From assembly GCA_009773155.1 (NCBI GenBank), contig WOVA01000001.1:104035-168034 (forward strand): 64,000 bases of DNA, given 5' to 3'. The position numbers were made by a program, and so were the translations under genes. Source of the DNA: Elusimicrobiota bacterium. Lineage in GTDB: Bacteria; Elusimicrobiota; Elusimicrobia; Elusimicrobiales; UBA9959. The notes beneath the pieces were generated by a model that had not been told where the DNA came from, did not search any database, and was given only the letters and a program-made list of their open reading frames with translations. Below are positions 9,963 through 19,278 of the stretch, piece after piece (positions within the stretch are counted from its first letter, which is position 1; each line of letters begins with the position of its first letter).

Positions 9963-10724
9963 TTGGAATCCCGACACGCCCGTTCCAGGCTGCGCTTCGG
10001 CCTCTTCACGCTGAGCTTCTTCTCCGCTCTCGGCGGAGCGGCCTGGTATATGATCTCCGGAGGGCGCCCCGCGGAGCCCGGCGGCATAGTCTCCGAAGAG
10101 GCCGCTCCTCCTCCCGCTGCATCGGCGGGGGACACCATGCCGCATGGTGTCCCAGTACCGTCCCCCTCCGCCATCCCGTCGGAAGGCCCCTCGCCCGGGG
10201 CCGGCCTTGCCATAGAGGGTTCGGTCTATTTTAAGCGCCAGGTCACCCGCTCGCTGAAGCTGATCTGGACCTACGACAGAGAAGCCTTCGATTTCATACG
10301 CAAGTACGTCTACGTGGTGCGCAGCGCCGGCAAGACGGCCTTCGGCATGCACGCCGGCGTGCCGACGGTGTTCATCTCCGAGATCAACACCTACAAGTCC
10401 GACGCCTGGTGCGCCGGCATCATAGCCCATCATGCCTGGCATTCCTATTACCGCTCCGCCTCCAACGCGGCCGCAAAGCGCCGTCCGGCGCCGCCGCCGC
10501 CGGGCGAGAAGGCGGAATGGATAGCGGAAAAAGTCCCCAACCCGCTGGAGTTCGACATCACCACTCTGCGGGACATAACCGCCCAGGAAAAAAAAGCCGA
10601 CGAGTTCCAGCTCAGGGTGCTCGGCGCCGTGGGGGCCTCCCGGGCCGAGATAAGCCTCGTCAGGCGGCGCGACCCGCGCGACCTCTCCGTCAGCCACGAC
10701 GGCAGTTACTCCTCCAAGCCGTGA
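9963..10724 (+). CDS. Hypothetical membrane-anchored protein
   Basis: TTG start. N-terminal hydrophobic anchor LFTLSFFSALGGAAWYMI, a Pro/Ala-rich linker, then a globular domain. No family recognised. Confidence 0.45.
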   Translation: MESRHARSRLRFGLFTLSFFSALGGAAWYMISGGRPAEPGGIVSEEAAPPPAASAGDTMPHGVPVPSPSAIPSEGPSPGAGLAIEGSVYFKRQVTRSLKLIWTYDREAFDFIRKYVYVVRSAGKTAFGMHAGVPTVFISEINTYKSDAWCAGIIAHHAWHSYYRSASNAAAKRRPAPPPPGEKAEWIAEKVPNPLEFDITTLRDITAQEKKADEFQLRVLGAVGASRAEISLVRRRDPRDLSVSHDGSYSSKP

Positions 10725-11704
10725 AACACGACGCTCCCGGACACCTTAGCCTGGGGCGCCTCAGGCTGCGCAGCGGCCTCTGGCTGGCCCCGATGGCCGG
10801 CATCACCAACGGCCCGTTCCGGCTGCTCTGCGCCCGCGGCGGCGCGGGGCTGGTCGTCACCGAGATGGTCTCGGCCGACAGCCTGCGCTACGGCAACCGG
10901 AAGTCGATGAAGATGCTCGACATCACGCCCGGCGAACGCCCGGTCGCCATACAGATCTTCGGCTCCGACCCGCAGGCCATGGCTTTGGCGGCGAAACTCG
11001 CGGAAGAGGCCGGCGCTGATGTCATAGACATAAACGCCGGCTGCCCCGTCAAAAAAGTCCTCAAGGCGGGCGCGGGCTCGGCCCTCATGAAGCGCCCGGA
11101 CCTGCTGGCCGACATCACTGCCGCCGTAGTCGGCGCGGTCAAGGTCCCCGTCACGGTCAAAACGCGCGTCGGACTTAAGGCCGGCGCCGTGCTCGGGCCG
11201 GAACTGGCCAGGCTGGCGGAGGGCGAGGGCGCGGCCGCCGTCATCATTCACGGGCGTTACGCCGAAGCTTTCCACACGGGCCCCGTGGACCTGGACGCCG
11301 TAGCCGCCACCGCCGCGGCCGTGAAGATCCCGGTCATCGGCAACGGCGGTGTTAAGGACGCGGCGACCGCCCGGGCCATGATCGCGGCAGGCTGCGCCGG
11401 AGCGGCCATCGGCCGCGCGGCCGTAGGCAATCCTTTCGTTTTCTCCGACATAGAAGCCGGGCTGGCCGGCCGGCCGGTTAAAGAGCGCAGCCCGGAAGAC
11501 GCGATAGCGCTGTTCCTCGAGTTCCTGGAGCTCAACTGCGGCGTCTACGGCCCGGAGAACGGCGTGGTCCGGGCGCGCAAGCTCATCGGCTACTGCCTCA
11601 AGGGCCTCCAGGGCGCCGCCGCGCTGCGCGGCGCTTTCATGGAGAAGAAGACCCTTAGTGAGGCCAAAGAGCTTTTAGTACAATATATGCATTCCAAGCG
11701 TTGA
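10721..11704 (+). CDS. dusB: tRNA-dihydrouridine synthase
   Basis: LAPMAGITNGPFRLL...VTEMVSA and DINAGCPVKKV motifs. GTG start at 10721 overlaps the upstream stop (GTGA). The 5' 312 nt of the track ORF is a spurious extension. Confidence 0.85.
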   Translation: MKHDAPGHLSLGRLRLRSGLWLAPMAGITNGPFRLLCARGGAGLVVTEMVSADSLRYGNRKSMKMLDITPGERPVAIQIFGSDPQAMALAAKLAEEAGADVIDINAGCPVKKVLKAGAGSALMKRPDLLADITAAVVGAVKVPVTVKTRVGLKAGAVLGPELARLAEGEGAAAVIIHGRYAEAFHTGPVDLDAVAATAAAVKIPVIGNGGVKDAATARAMIAAGCAGAAIGRAAVGNPFVFSDIEAGLAGRPVKERSPEDAIALFLEFLELNCGVYGPENGVVRARKLIGYCLKGLQGAAALRGAFMEKKTLSEAKELLVQYMHSKR

Positions 11705-11717
11705 CCAGGACCTTTTT

Positions 11718-14294
11718 ATGGCACAGACAGAGACCGCCGACACCCCCCTCATGCAGCAGTACCAGGCGCTCAAGCGCGAGCACCCCGGGGCCATCCTTTT
11801 CTTCCGCCTGGGCGACTTCTACGAGATGTTCGACGCCGACGCCAGGGCGGCCAGCCAGCTGCTGGGCGTGGTCCTGACCTCGCGCCACGGCGTGCCCATG
11901 TGCGGCGTGCCCTACCATTCCTCCGCCACCTATATCGCCAGGCTGCTAAAGGCCGGCAGGCGCGTGGCCATCTGCGAGCAGGTGGCGCCGTCCGCGGAGG
12001 AGGCGAAGAAGTCCAAGCTTTTCCGCCGCGAGATAGTCCGCGTCATGACGCCCGGCACCATAGTCGAGGACGAGCTGCTGCAGTCCAAGACCGCCTCGTA
12101 CCTGGCCTCGCTGCATATGGACATAGTCGGCTGGGGCCTGGCCTGGATAGACGCCTCCACCGGCGAATTTTACGCCGCGCAGAACGTCAACGACCCGCGC
12201 CTCTACGCGCTGCAGTCGCTGCTCTCCAAGATCTCGCCGGCCGAGATGATAACCGGCGACGAGGCCGCCGCGCGTCTGGAAGCCGCCGGACTTATCCCGA
12301 CCGGCGCGATGATGACCTCCTATTTCAACCCGGAGGGCGACGCGCTTCCCTGGCAGCGCCATGCCGTCTGGCAGAACAATAAGCTGGCGGCCAAGACCGC
12401 CGTCAGCGCTATCAATTACCTGCGCCAGACGCAGCCGGGCCTGAGGGAGACTTTCTCGCCTTCTTTCTTCGAGCCGGGCGGCCGGCTGCAGCTGGACGAA
12501 TCGGCCATGAAGACGCTCGATATTGTCAGCTCCGAGGGCGGCGACGACGCCCATACGCTCTGGGGAGCGCTGGACCTGGGCCGCACGTCGATGGGCTCGC
12601 GCCTGCTCAAGAAATGGCTGCTCGAGCCGCTCTGCGACCTGCCGGCCATAAAAGCCCGCCATGATTTCACCGGCTTCCTGGCCGGCGACCGCGAGGCGCG
12701 CGAATCGCTGGGCGCCCTGCTCTCGCAGGTGCCCGACATCGAGCGCGTGCTGGGCCGCGTGGCCAATGCCAGCGCCTCGCCGCGCGACGCCGCGGCCGTG
12801 CGCCGCTCGCTGGCCCAGCTGCCGCGGCTCAAGATGCTGCTCTCCTCTCCGGCTTTCTTCGAGAAAGCCCCCGGCCTGGCCGGCGCGCTGGAGGAGGCAT
12901 CCAAGACCCTCAACTCCCTGCGCGAGCTGCTTGAAAAATCGCTGGCCGACGCCCCGCCCGCCCGTCTCTCCGACGGCGGCGTCATAAAGGACGGCTGCAA
13001 CTCCGAGCTCGACGAGCTGCGCGGCGTGCGCAAGAACAGCCAGAAGCTGCTGGTGGACATAGAGCTGCGGGAGAAGGAAAAGACCCAGATCCCGTCGCTC
13101 AAGGTCGGCTTCAACTCGGTATTCGGCTATTATCTGGAAGTCACCCGCACCCACCTGCCCAAGGTCCCCCACTATTTCGTCCGCAAGCAGACGCTGGTCA
13201 ACGCCGAGCGCTTCATCACCGAGGAGCTGAAGGTCCTCGAGGGAAAGATACTCGGCGCCGAGGAGCGCATGAACAGGCTGGAGACGCACCTGTTCGGCGA
13301 GCTGCGCGCGGAACTGCTCTCGCGGCTGTCGGCGCTGCGCGCCTTCGCCATGGCGGCGGCCGAGCTGGACGCCTTCCTGGCGCTGGCCGAAAGCGCGGTC
13401 AAGTACGACCTGGTCCGCCCCGAGATGACGGGCGGCAATGAGCTGCGGATAGAAGAGGGCCGCCACCTGGTGGTCGAGCGCCTGCTGCCCGCCGGCGCCT
13501 TCGTGCCCAACGATATAGAGCTCGGCGGCGAAGGGCCGCAGCTGGTGGTGCTGACCGGCCCCAACATGAGCGGCAAGAGCGTCTACCTGCGCCAGAACGC
13601 GCTGATAGTGCTGATGGCCCAGGCGGGGTCGTTCGTGCCGGCCAGGTCGGCCGTCATCGGCGTGACCGACCGCATCATGACCCGTATAGGGGCGCAGGAC
13701 CGGCTCTCGCGCGGCGAATCCACTTTCATGGTCGAGATGCGCGAGACGGCCTCGATACTCAACCTCGCGGGCCCGCGCAGCCTGCTGCTGCTCGACGAGG
13801 TCGGCCGCGGGACCTCCACCTTCGACGGCATCTCCATAGCCTGGGCCGTGGTGGAATACCTGCACAAAGCCGAAGGCGGGCCGCGCGTGCTCTTCGCCAC
13901 CCATTATTTCGAGCTGACCGAACTGGCCGAGAAATACGCCGCCATAAAGAACTTCAATGTGGCGGTCAAGGAATGGACCAATACCGCCGGCAAGACCGAG
14001 GTGGTGTTCCTGCACAAGATAACCGCCGGCCCGGCCGACAAGTCCTACGGCATACACGTGGCGCAGCTGGCCGGCCTGCCCGAGTCCTGCGTGGCGCGCG
14101 CCAGAGAGATACTGCGCGAGCTGGAATCGCGCAACCGCATCGAGGCGGCCCCGGCCGGCGACAGTCTGCCGCCGCTGCTGCCGATGTTCTCGACGCACCC
14201 GCTGATAGACGAGATAAAGCTCTGCGACCCGGACCGGATGACGCCGCTGGAGGCGCTCAAGGCCGTGGCCGAGTGGAAGAAGCGGGCACAGTAA
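11718..14294 (+). CDS. mutS: DNA mismatch repair protein MutS
   Basis: TPLMQQYQALK...FFRLGDFYEMF N-terminus, Walker A GPNMSGKS, and DEVGRGTSTFDG. Confidence 0.95.
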   Translation: MAQTETADTPLMQQYQALKREHPGAILFFRLGDFYEMFDADARAASQLLGVVLTSRHGVPMCGVPYHSSATYIARLLKAGRRVAICEQVAPSAEEAKKSKLFRREIVRVMTPGTIVEDELLQSKTASYLASLHMDIVGWGLAWIDASTGEFYAAQNVNDPRLYALQSLLSKISPAEMITGDEAAARLEAAGLIPTGAMMTSYFNPEGDALPWQRHAVWQNNKLAAKTAVSAINYLRQTQPGLRETFSPSFFEPGGRLQLDESAMKTLDIVSSEGGDDAHTLWGALDLGRTSMGSRLLKKWLLEPLCDLPAIKARHDFTGFLAGDREARESLGALLSQVPDIERVLGRVANASASPRDAAAVRRSLAQLPRLKMLLSSPAFFEKAPGLAGALEEASKTLNSLRELLEKSLADAPPARLSDGGVIKDGCNSELDELRGVRKNSQKLLVDIELREKEKTQIPSLKVGFNSVFGYYLEVTRTHLPKVPHYFVRKQTLVNAERFITEELKVLEGKILGAEERMNRLETHLFGELRAELLSRLSALRAFAMAAAELDAFLALAESAVKYDLVRPEMTGGNELRIEEGRHLVVERLLPAGAFVPNDIELGGEGPQLVVLTGPNMSGKSVYLRQNALIVLMAQAGSFVPARSAVIGVTDRIMTRIGAQDRLSRGESTFMVEMRETASILNLAGPRSLLLLDEVGRGTSTFDGISIAWAVVEYLHKAEGGPRVLFATHYFELTELAEKYAAIKNFNVAVKEWTNTAGKTEVVFLHKITAGPADKSYGIHVAQLAGLPESCVARAREILRELESRNRIEAAPAGDSLPPLLPMFSTHPLIDEIKLCDPDRMTPLEALKAVAEWKKRAQ

Positions 14295-14312
14295 GGCGCG
14301 TCCCGCGCAAAT

Positions 14313-14350
14313 AAAAAAGCCGGGCTGGCCGCCCGGCTTTTTTATTTTTT
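14313..14350. terminator. Bidirectional rho-independent terminator between convergent mutS and the receiver gene
   Basis: aaaaaa-GCCGGGC-tggcc-GCCCGGC-tttttt. A-run and T-run flank a 7-bp GC stem. Confidence 0.6.
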
Positions 14351-14364
14351 CCCGGTCCCGGGAC

Positions 14365-14718
14365 TCAGGAAAAGGATTTCAGCACCGCTTCCAGCTCGTC
14401 GTACATAAACGGCTTGCTGAGCACGCCGGCGGCCCCCTTGCCCAGCAGCTGCTCCTTCAGCGGCTCCTGCTGCACGGCGGTGACCATCACCACTCTGGCG
14501 GCAGGGTCGATCGCCTTTATCTCCGCCAGAGCCTCCAGACCGTTCTTGCCCGGCATTATCATGTCCATCAGAACCAGCTCGGGCGAAGTTTCGGAAAAAA
14601 GCTTCACTCCCTCGGCGCCGTCGCAGGCCTCGCCGACCACCTGGTGGCCCATCTCGGTCAGCAGGTCCTTGATCATCCCGCGCGTCAGTTCGCTGTCGTC
14701 GACTATCAGAACTTTCAT
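14365..14718 (-). CDS. Single-domain response regulator (CheY-like receiver)
   Basis: MKVLIVDDS..., phospho-acceptor context LVLMDMIMPG, and a conserved K near the C-terminus (SKPF). Confidence 0.85.
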   Translation of the reverse strand: MKVLIVDDSELTRGMIKDLLTEMGHQVVGEACDGAEGVKLFSETSPELVLMDMIMPGKNGLEALAEIKAIDPAARVVMVTAVQQEPLKEQLLGKGAAGVLSKPFMYDELEAVLKSFS

Positions 14719-14735
14719 ACCCCTCCCCCTCGCGC

Positions 14736-16187
14736 TCAGTCGTTGAGCGCGTAATTCGGCGTCTCCTTGGTGACGCGCACGTCGTGCACGTGGCTTTCCT
14801 TCAGGCCCGCGCCCGAGATGCGCACAAAGCGCGCCTTACGGCGCAGCTCGGCCAGGTTCCGGCAGCCGCAGTAGCCCAGTCCGGCCCGCAGGCCGCCCGT
14901 CAATTGATGGACTATGGCCGACACGGGGCCCTTGTAAGGGACCTGGCCCTCTATGCCCTCGGGCACCAGTTTATCCTTCTCCACACCGGACTGGCCGTAG
15001 CGATCTTTGGAACCGGCCTCCATCGCGCCGACGGAGCCCATGCCGCGGTAGGCCTTGTAGCTGCGGCCGTGGTAGAGGATGATGTCGCCCGGCGCCTCTT
15101 CGGTCCCGGCCAGCAGCGTGCCCAGCATTACGCAGTCCGCGCCGGCGGCCAGCGCCTTGGTGACGTCGCCTGAAAATTTTATGCCGCCGTCGGCTATGAC
15201 CGGCACTTTGCCTTTGGCGGCGCGCACGCAGTCGCGCACGGCGGTCAGCTGCGGCACGCCGACGCCCGAGACTATGCGCGTGGTGCAGATGGAGCCCGGC
15301 CCTATGCCTACCTTTATCGCGTCGGCGCCGGCGCGTATCAGGTCGCGCGCGCCCTCGAAGGTCGCCACATTGCCCGCTATGACCTCCACGCCGAAGCGGC
15401 GGACCTCTTTGAGCGTCCGGAGAACATTGGCCGAATGGCCGTGCGCCGAATCCAGCGAGATCAGGTCCGCGCCGGCCTTGACCAGCTCGGCCGCGCGTTC
15501 GACGGCTTCGTCGCCGGCGCCGATGGCCGCGCCCACACGCAGCCGGCCCGCCTTGTCCTTGCAGGCGTCAGGATACTGCCGCCTGTTGAGTATGTCGCGG
15601 ACGGTGATAAGGCCCTTCAGCTCGCCGTTGCGGCCGACCAGAGGCAGCTTCTCTATGCGGTGCTCCTGCAGCAGCCGCTCGGCCTGCTCCAGCGTGGTGC
15701 CGGGGCGGGCGGTGACCAGCTTGGTCGTCATCGCGGTGGAAACTTTTTTGCCTAGGTCTTTAAGGAACCGCAGGTCGCGGTTGGTCAGCAGGCCCACCAG
15801 GCGGCCGCTGGAAACGACCACCGCGCTGGAGACGCCGCGCCTGGCCAGCAGGGCCACGGCGTCGGAGAGCTTCTCGTCCGGGGAAATGGTCAGCGGATCG
15901 GTGATTACGCCGCTCTCATGCTTCTTGACCCTCGCCACTTCCTGCGCCTGCTCGCGCGGGGTCATGGCGCGGTGTATGATGCCCAGGCCGCCCTCGCGGG
16001 CCATCGCTATGGCCAGCGTCGCCTCGGTGACCGTGTCCATCGCGGCCGAGACCAGCGGGATATTGAGCTTTATGCCGGCCGTCAGCCTGGTGGAGAGGTC
16101 GGTGCCTTTCGGCATGACGGAAGATCTTGCGGGGAGCAGAAGGACGTCGTCGAAGGTAAGGCCCAAACGGATATTATCCTGAAGCAC
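14736..16187 (-). CDS. guaB: Inosine-5'-monophosphate dehydrogenase
   Basis: [11 protein letters not shown]-terminus, CBS pair, and catalytic loop [14 protein letters not shown] start preceded by AAGGAGG. Confidence 0.95.
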   Translation of the reverse strand: MLQDNIRLGLTFDDVLLLPARSSVMPKGTDLSTRLTAGIKLNIPLVSAAMDTVTEATLAIAMAREGGLGIIHRAMTPREQAQEVARVKKHESGVITDPLTISPDEKLSDAVALLARRGVSSAVVVSSGRLVGLLTNRDLRFLKDLGKKVSTAMTTKLVTARPGTTLEQAERLLQEHRIEKLPLVGRNGELKGLITVRDILNRRQYPDACKDKAGRLRVGAAIGAGDEAVERAAELVKAGADLISLDSAHGHSANVLRTLKEVRRFGVEVIAGNVATFEGARDLIRAGADAIKVGIGPGSICTTRIVSGVGVPQLTAVRDCVRAAKGKVPVIADGGIKFSGDVTKALAAGADCVMLGTLLAGTEEAPGDIILYHGRSYKAYRGMGSVGAMEAGSKDRYGQSGVEKDKLVPEGIEGQVPYKGPVSAIVHQLTGGLRAGLGYCGCRNLAELRRKARFVRISGAGLKESHVHDVRVTKETPNYALND

Positions 16188-16258
16188 CGGGAACCTCCTT
16201 GGCGGCTTTGGTAAAGTTTACAATAATACGGGGACGTTGTTTAGTTCTTTAGTTTTCG

Positions 16259-16282
16259 CCCTAGAATTATCCCTAGAATTAT
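16259..16282. repeat. Tandem duplication of the 12-nt unit ccctagaattat in the guaB / receiver intergenic region
   Basis: Two exact adjacent copies at 16259-16270 and 16271-16282. A third ctagaat occurs at 16352-16358. Confidence 0.8.
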
Positions 16283-16330
16283 CCCGGCGCGGATCCGCGG
16301 GGGCCCAGGGAGAGTGTATCCAAAATCACC

Positions 16331-16358
16331 TTGTAATCCGGGCAGGGCCTGCTAGAAT
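16331..16358 (+). promoter_or_regulatory. Candidate sigma70-type promoter for the receiver gene at 16441
   Basis: TTGTAA (16331-16336), 16-nt spacer, TAGAAT (16353-16358). Prediction by eye only. Confidence 0.3.
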
Positions 16359-16440
16359 ATTTACAGGGTGAGGAACGGCGATACGACGGGAGCGGCCCGG
16401 TCGTAGCGCCGGAGCTTCTTGTCATACCTAAGGGGGAGCT

Positions 16441-16884
16441 ATGAGCGAGGAGAACGGCGGACTCGAGATACTGCTGGTCGACGACAGCGAAGACGATGTC
16501 CTGATGGCGAGGAAGGTCTTCGCCCGCCTGCCTTTCCCCCACAGGCTGGAAACGGCGTCCTGCGCCGCCGAGGCCCTGGATTACCTGCGCCGCTCGGGCA
16601 GTCACGCAGGGCGGACCGGGCCGCAGCCGCACCTTCTGCTTCTCGATATCAATATGCCTGGCCTGGACGGCTTCGGGCTGCTCCGGCTGCTCAAGGCCGA
16701 CCCCGAATTGAGAAAGATACCGGCGATAATGCTGACGACCTCGGCCTCGCGAGAGGACGTGCGGAAGAGCTATGAATGCGGCGCCGCTTCCTTTATAACC
16801 AAACCCGAGACCTTCGAGGGGTTCAGCGACCTGATGAGAAAATTCGCCGGCTACTGGAGTTCCGTCTCCGCCCTGCCTCAATAA
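16441..16884 (+). CDS. Single-domain response regulator (receiver)
   Basis: ILLVDDSEDDV..., LLLLDINMPGLDG, and TTSASRED...KP motifs. Confidence 0.85.
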   Translation: MSEENGGLEILLVDDSEDDVLMARKVFARLPFPHRLETASCAAEALDYLRRSGSHAGRTGPQPHLLLLDINMPGLDGFGLLRLLKADPELRKIPAIMLTTSASREDVRKSYECGAASFITKPETFEGFSDLMRKFAGYWSSVSALPQ

Positions 16885-16889
16885 GAGCC

Positions 16890-17915
16890 TCAGGCCGCGG
16901 CGGCGCCGCGCTTTGCGGCTTCCGCGCACAGCCCGCGCGCCATATCCAGCGCGACCGAAACTATCTTCCAGGCCTGTTTAAAATCCGTGCTGTAGCCGCC
17001 GTTGCGGTCGGCGCGCTGCCGTATGACCAGCACTTCCACGTCGTCGGCCGGCGCCGGCTCGTACACGGGCCCGTAACCGGCCAGGCCAATCAGTTTGAAG
17101 AGGCCGCTCATGGCGCCCTGGTCCTCGGGGGCTTTGTACGCGGCGTAATTCTCAAAGAAAAGCGAGCCTTTTTTGGCTATGATCACGCAGTACAGGTAGG
17201 GGTGGTCCGTGCCTTTGACGGAATTTATGGAGAGCTGCACCTGCAGCCCCATGAACTCCTCCGGCGCGCCCACCAGCTTCACCATCAGCCTGGCGTCCTC
17301 TGGCACTTTCTTCCCGTCCGCCGTGGAACGCAGGCCCAGCATCGGCGAGACCTGCACGTCGCTGGGCTCCTCCAGCCGGCGCATCATCTCTTCAAGGTGC
17401 TTTATCTTTATCACCAGCTGGTCCCGCTTCAGGTATTCCCGGACCCCGGTGATCCAGAGCGGCATGAGTATGACCGCGGCGTCCAGCACCGGGTAGACCC
17501 AGAAGTTATCCGGCAACGCCATCGAGACGGCGAGGGAAAAATACACGGCCAGGCCTATTATGCCCATAAGGACTATCACGCCCATGCCCCTGGGATTGCT
17601 GAAATCGAAGGCGTCTACGTCCCATTTCTCCAGCGCCTCGGCCTTCTGCCTCACCTTGAAGTACTCGTCCGGCGTGACTCGCGCCCAGTCCACCCCGGGA
17701 GCCAGCTTCGGGCGGGCGTCATAGCCGCTGACTATGCCCAGCAGCGAGGCGATCGCCAACAGAACGAGGCCGGTCCAGAAAGAGAAGAACAACTGAACGG
17801 CCAGGCCGGCCGGCAGCGCGGCCGCTATGACGGCCATCCTCAGGCGATAGGACATGCCCTTGGCGAAAAAGAACTTTATCTCCCCCTGTTTTTCAGGCGG
17901 CGGGAACAGCGGCAT
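16890..17915 (-). CDS. Polytopic membrane protein of unknown family, third gene of the ACHX-tail / radical SAM cassette
   Basis: 341-aa ORF with an AAGGAGG SD 5 nt upstream of ATG 17915, inside the end of the radical SAM gene (23-nt overlap). About four N-terminal hydrophobic helices, then a soluble C-terminal domain. Confidence 0.6.
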   Translation of the reverse strand: MPLFPPPEKQGEIKFFFAKGMSYRLRMAVIAAALPAGLAVQLFFSFWTGLVLLAIASLLGIVSGYDARPKLAPGVDWARVTPDEYFKVRQKAEALEKWDVDAFDFSNPRGMGVIVLMGIIGLAVYFSLAVSMALPDNFWVYPVLDAAVILMPLWITGVREYLKRDQLVIKIKHLEEMMRRLEEPSDVQVSPMLGLRSTADGKKVPEDARLMVKLVGAPEEFMGLQVQLSINSVKGTDHPYLYCVIIAKKGSLFFENYAAYKAPEDQGAMSGLFKLIGLAGYGPVYEPAPADDVEVLVIRQRADRNGGYSTDFKQAWKIVSVALDMARGLCAEAAKRGAAAA

Positions 17916-19251
17916 CTCTGCCTCCTTCTATATAGGCCGGCGCGGCCCTCTCAAGTTCGGCGTGGCCGGCTTTGGCCCAGTACAGCGGGCAGCCGCCATT
18001 GCACAGCGGCAGGTCCGCGCAGCCGCCGCAGAGCCGGTGGGCGAAGCCTTTGCGGCGGAACCAGGCGGGACGTTCCGCCTCCCACAACTCGCGGAACCGG
18101 CCCTCGTATTCCAGAAGATTTCCCAGCGGCTCCGGGTAGCTGGAGCAGGGCAGCAGGTCGCCGTTGGGCGCGGAGCTGAGCAGGCCGTCGCAGGCGGCGC
18201 AGCCCTTGTTGCCCAGCCCCAGCGGCACGGGATTGAAGACGCACATCGGCGTGGGCGAGTACCACATGAATTCCAGTCCCCTCTCCTCCGCCAGCCGGGC
18301 GGCTTCCTTCACCGCCGCTCCTATTTCCGAATAGGAGATGAAAGTCTCGGCCATATTGCCGTCGGCGGAACCCACCGGCATCAGCATGTTCATCGAGAAC
18401 TTGCCGGCGCCCAGTTCCTTCACGCGGTCGAGCAGCGGCGCCAGCGCGCCCCTGTTGAGCGCCGAGACCGTGGTATTGGTGTGCGTGCGCAAGCCGGCGG
18501 CCAGCAGGGCGCGCGCGCCGGCCATGCAGGCCGCAAAAGCCCCGGGGCGGTCGGTAATGCTGTCGTGCAGCTCCGCCGTACCGGCCTCCAGGCTGACCTG
18601 CGCCGAATCGAGGCCGGCTTCCTTAAGCCGCCGGGCCAGCTCCGGAGTGACCAGCGTTCCATTGGTTATCAGGTTGGTCCACATGCCCAGTTTTTTGGCC
18701 TCGGCTACCAGCTCCGGCAGCTCGGGCCTCAGGCAGGGTTCGCCGCCGGTGAAACTGACCGACGGGACCTGCGCCTCGGCGGCGATGACGCGCAGCAGGC
18801 GGACGATGTCCCCGGCGGGGAGCTCCTCCGCCGACGGGTCCTTGCGGCAGCCGCAGGCCGCGTAACAGAAGCGGCAGGCCAGGTTGCAGCGGTAGGTTAT
18901 AGCGATCTCGCTGAGCACCGGCAGCGTATTGTAGGGCAGCGAGAACGAGACCTTCTCTATACCGCCGTGACCGAGCGCCTCGACATAATCGCCTTTCATA
19001 AGCGCCGCGAGGCCGGAGAAGAATTCGTAAATATCGGAAGCGACTTTCTCCTGGTCAGGAAAATTCGGCGGTATCTCCAGCACGCTGCGGCCCGCGAAGG
19101 CGTGTTCGAGCAGCTTCACTCCCTGCGCGTTGAGCTTATACGCCTGGTTGGGGATCTTGATGAGCAGGTTATCGTCGCGGCGCACGCGGAAATAAGGCTT
19201 TATCTCCGCGGCGTAGCCGTCTATCCAGCCCAGTTTCTCTCGCCAGTCCAT
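17893..19251 (-). CDS. Radical SAM / SPASM-domain enzyme with N-terminal PqqD-like (RRE-type) extension; putative peptide/protein-modifying maturase
   Basis: CNLACRFC (CX3CX2C) at about residue 122, GGEP motif, and C-terminal auxiliary-cluster cysteines CAACDG...LLPCS...CGGCADLPLCNGGCP. About 100 aa precede the core (LLIKIPNQAYKLNAQGVKLLEHAFAGRSVLEI...). Confidence 0.85.
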   Translation of the reverse strand: MDWREKLGWIDGYAAEIKPYFRVRRDDNLLIKIPNQAYKLNAQGVKLLEHAFAGRSVLEIPPNFPDQEKVASDIYEFFSGLAALMKGDYVEALGHGGIEKVSFSLPYNTLPVLSEIAITYRCNLACRFCYAACGCRKDPSAEELPAGDIVRLLRVIAAEAQVPSVSFTGGEPCLRPELPELVAEAKKLGMWTNLITNGTLVTPELARRLKEAGLDSAQVSLEAGTAELHDSITDRPGAFAACMAGARALLAAGLRTHTNTTVSALNRGALAPLLDRVKELGAGKFSMNMLMPVGSADGNMAETFISYSEIGAAVKEAARLAEERGLEFMWYSPTPMCVFNPVPLGLGNKGCAACDGLLSSAPNGDLLPCSSYPEPLGNLLEYEGRFRELWEAERPAWFRRKGFAHRLCGGCADLPLCNGGCPLYWAKAGHAELERAAPAYIEGGRDAAVPAA

Positions 19252-19278
19252 ACTATCGGCTCTCCCCCGTTCTTATGG

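Noticed and set aside
10409-10720. 5' extension of the dus ORF
   Set aside because: It overlaps the preceding gene out of frame. A GTG at 10721, coupled to the upstream stop, gives a normal-length Dus protein beginning just before the LAPMAGITN motif.
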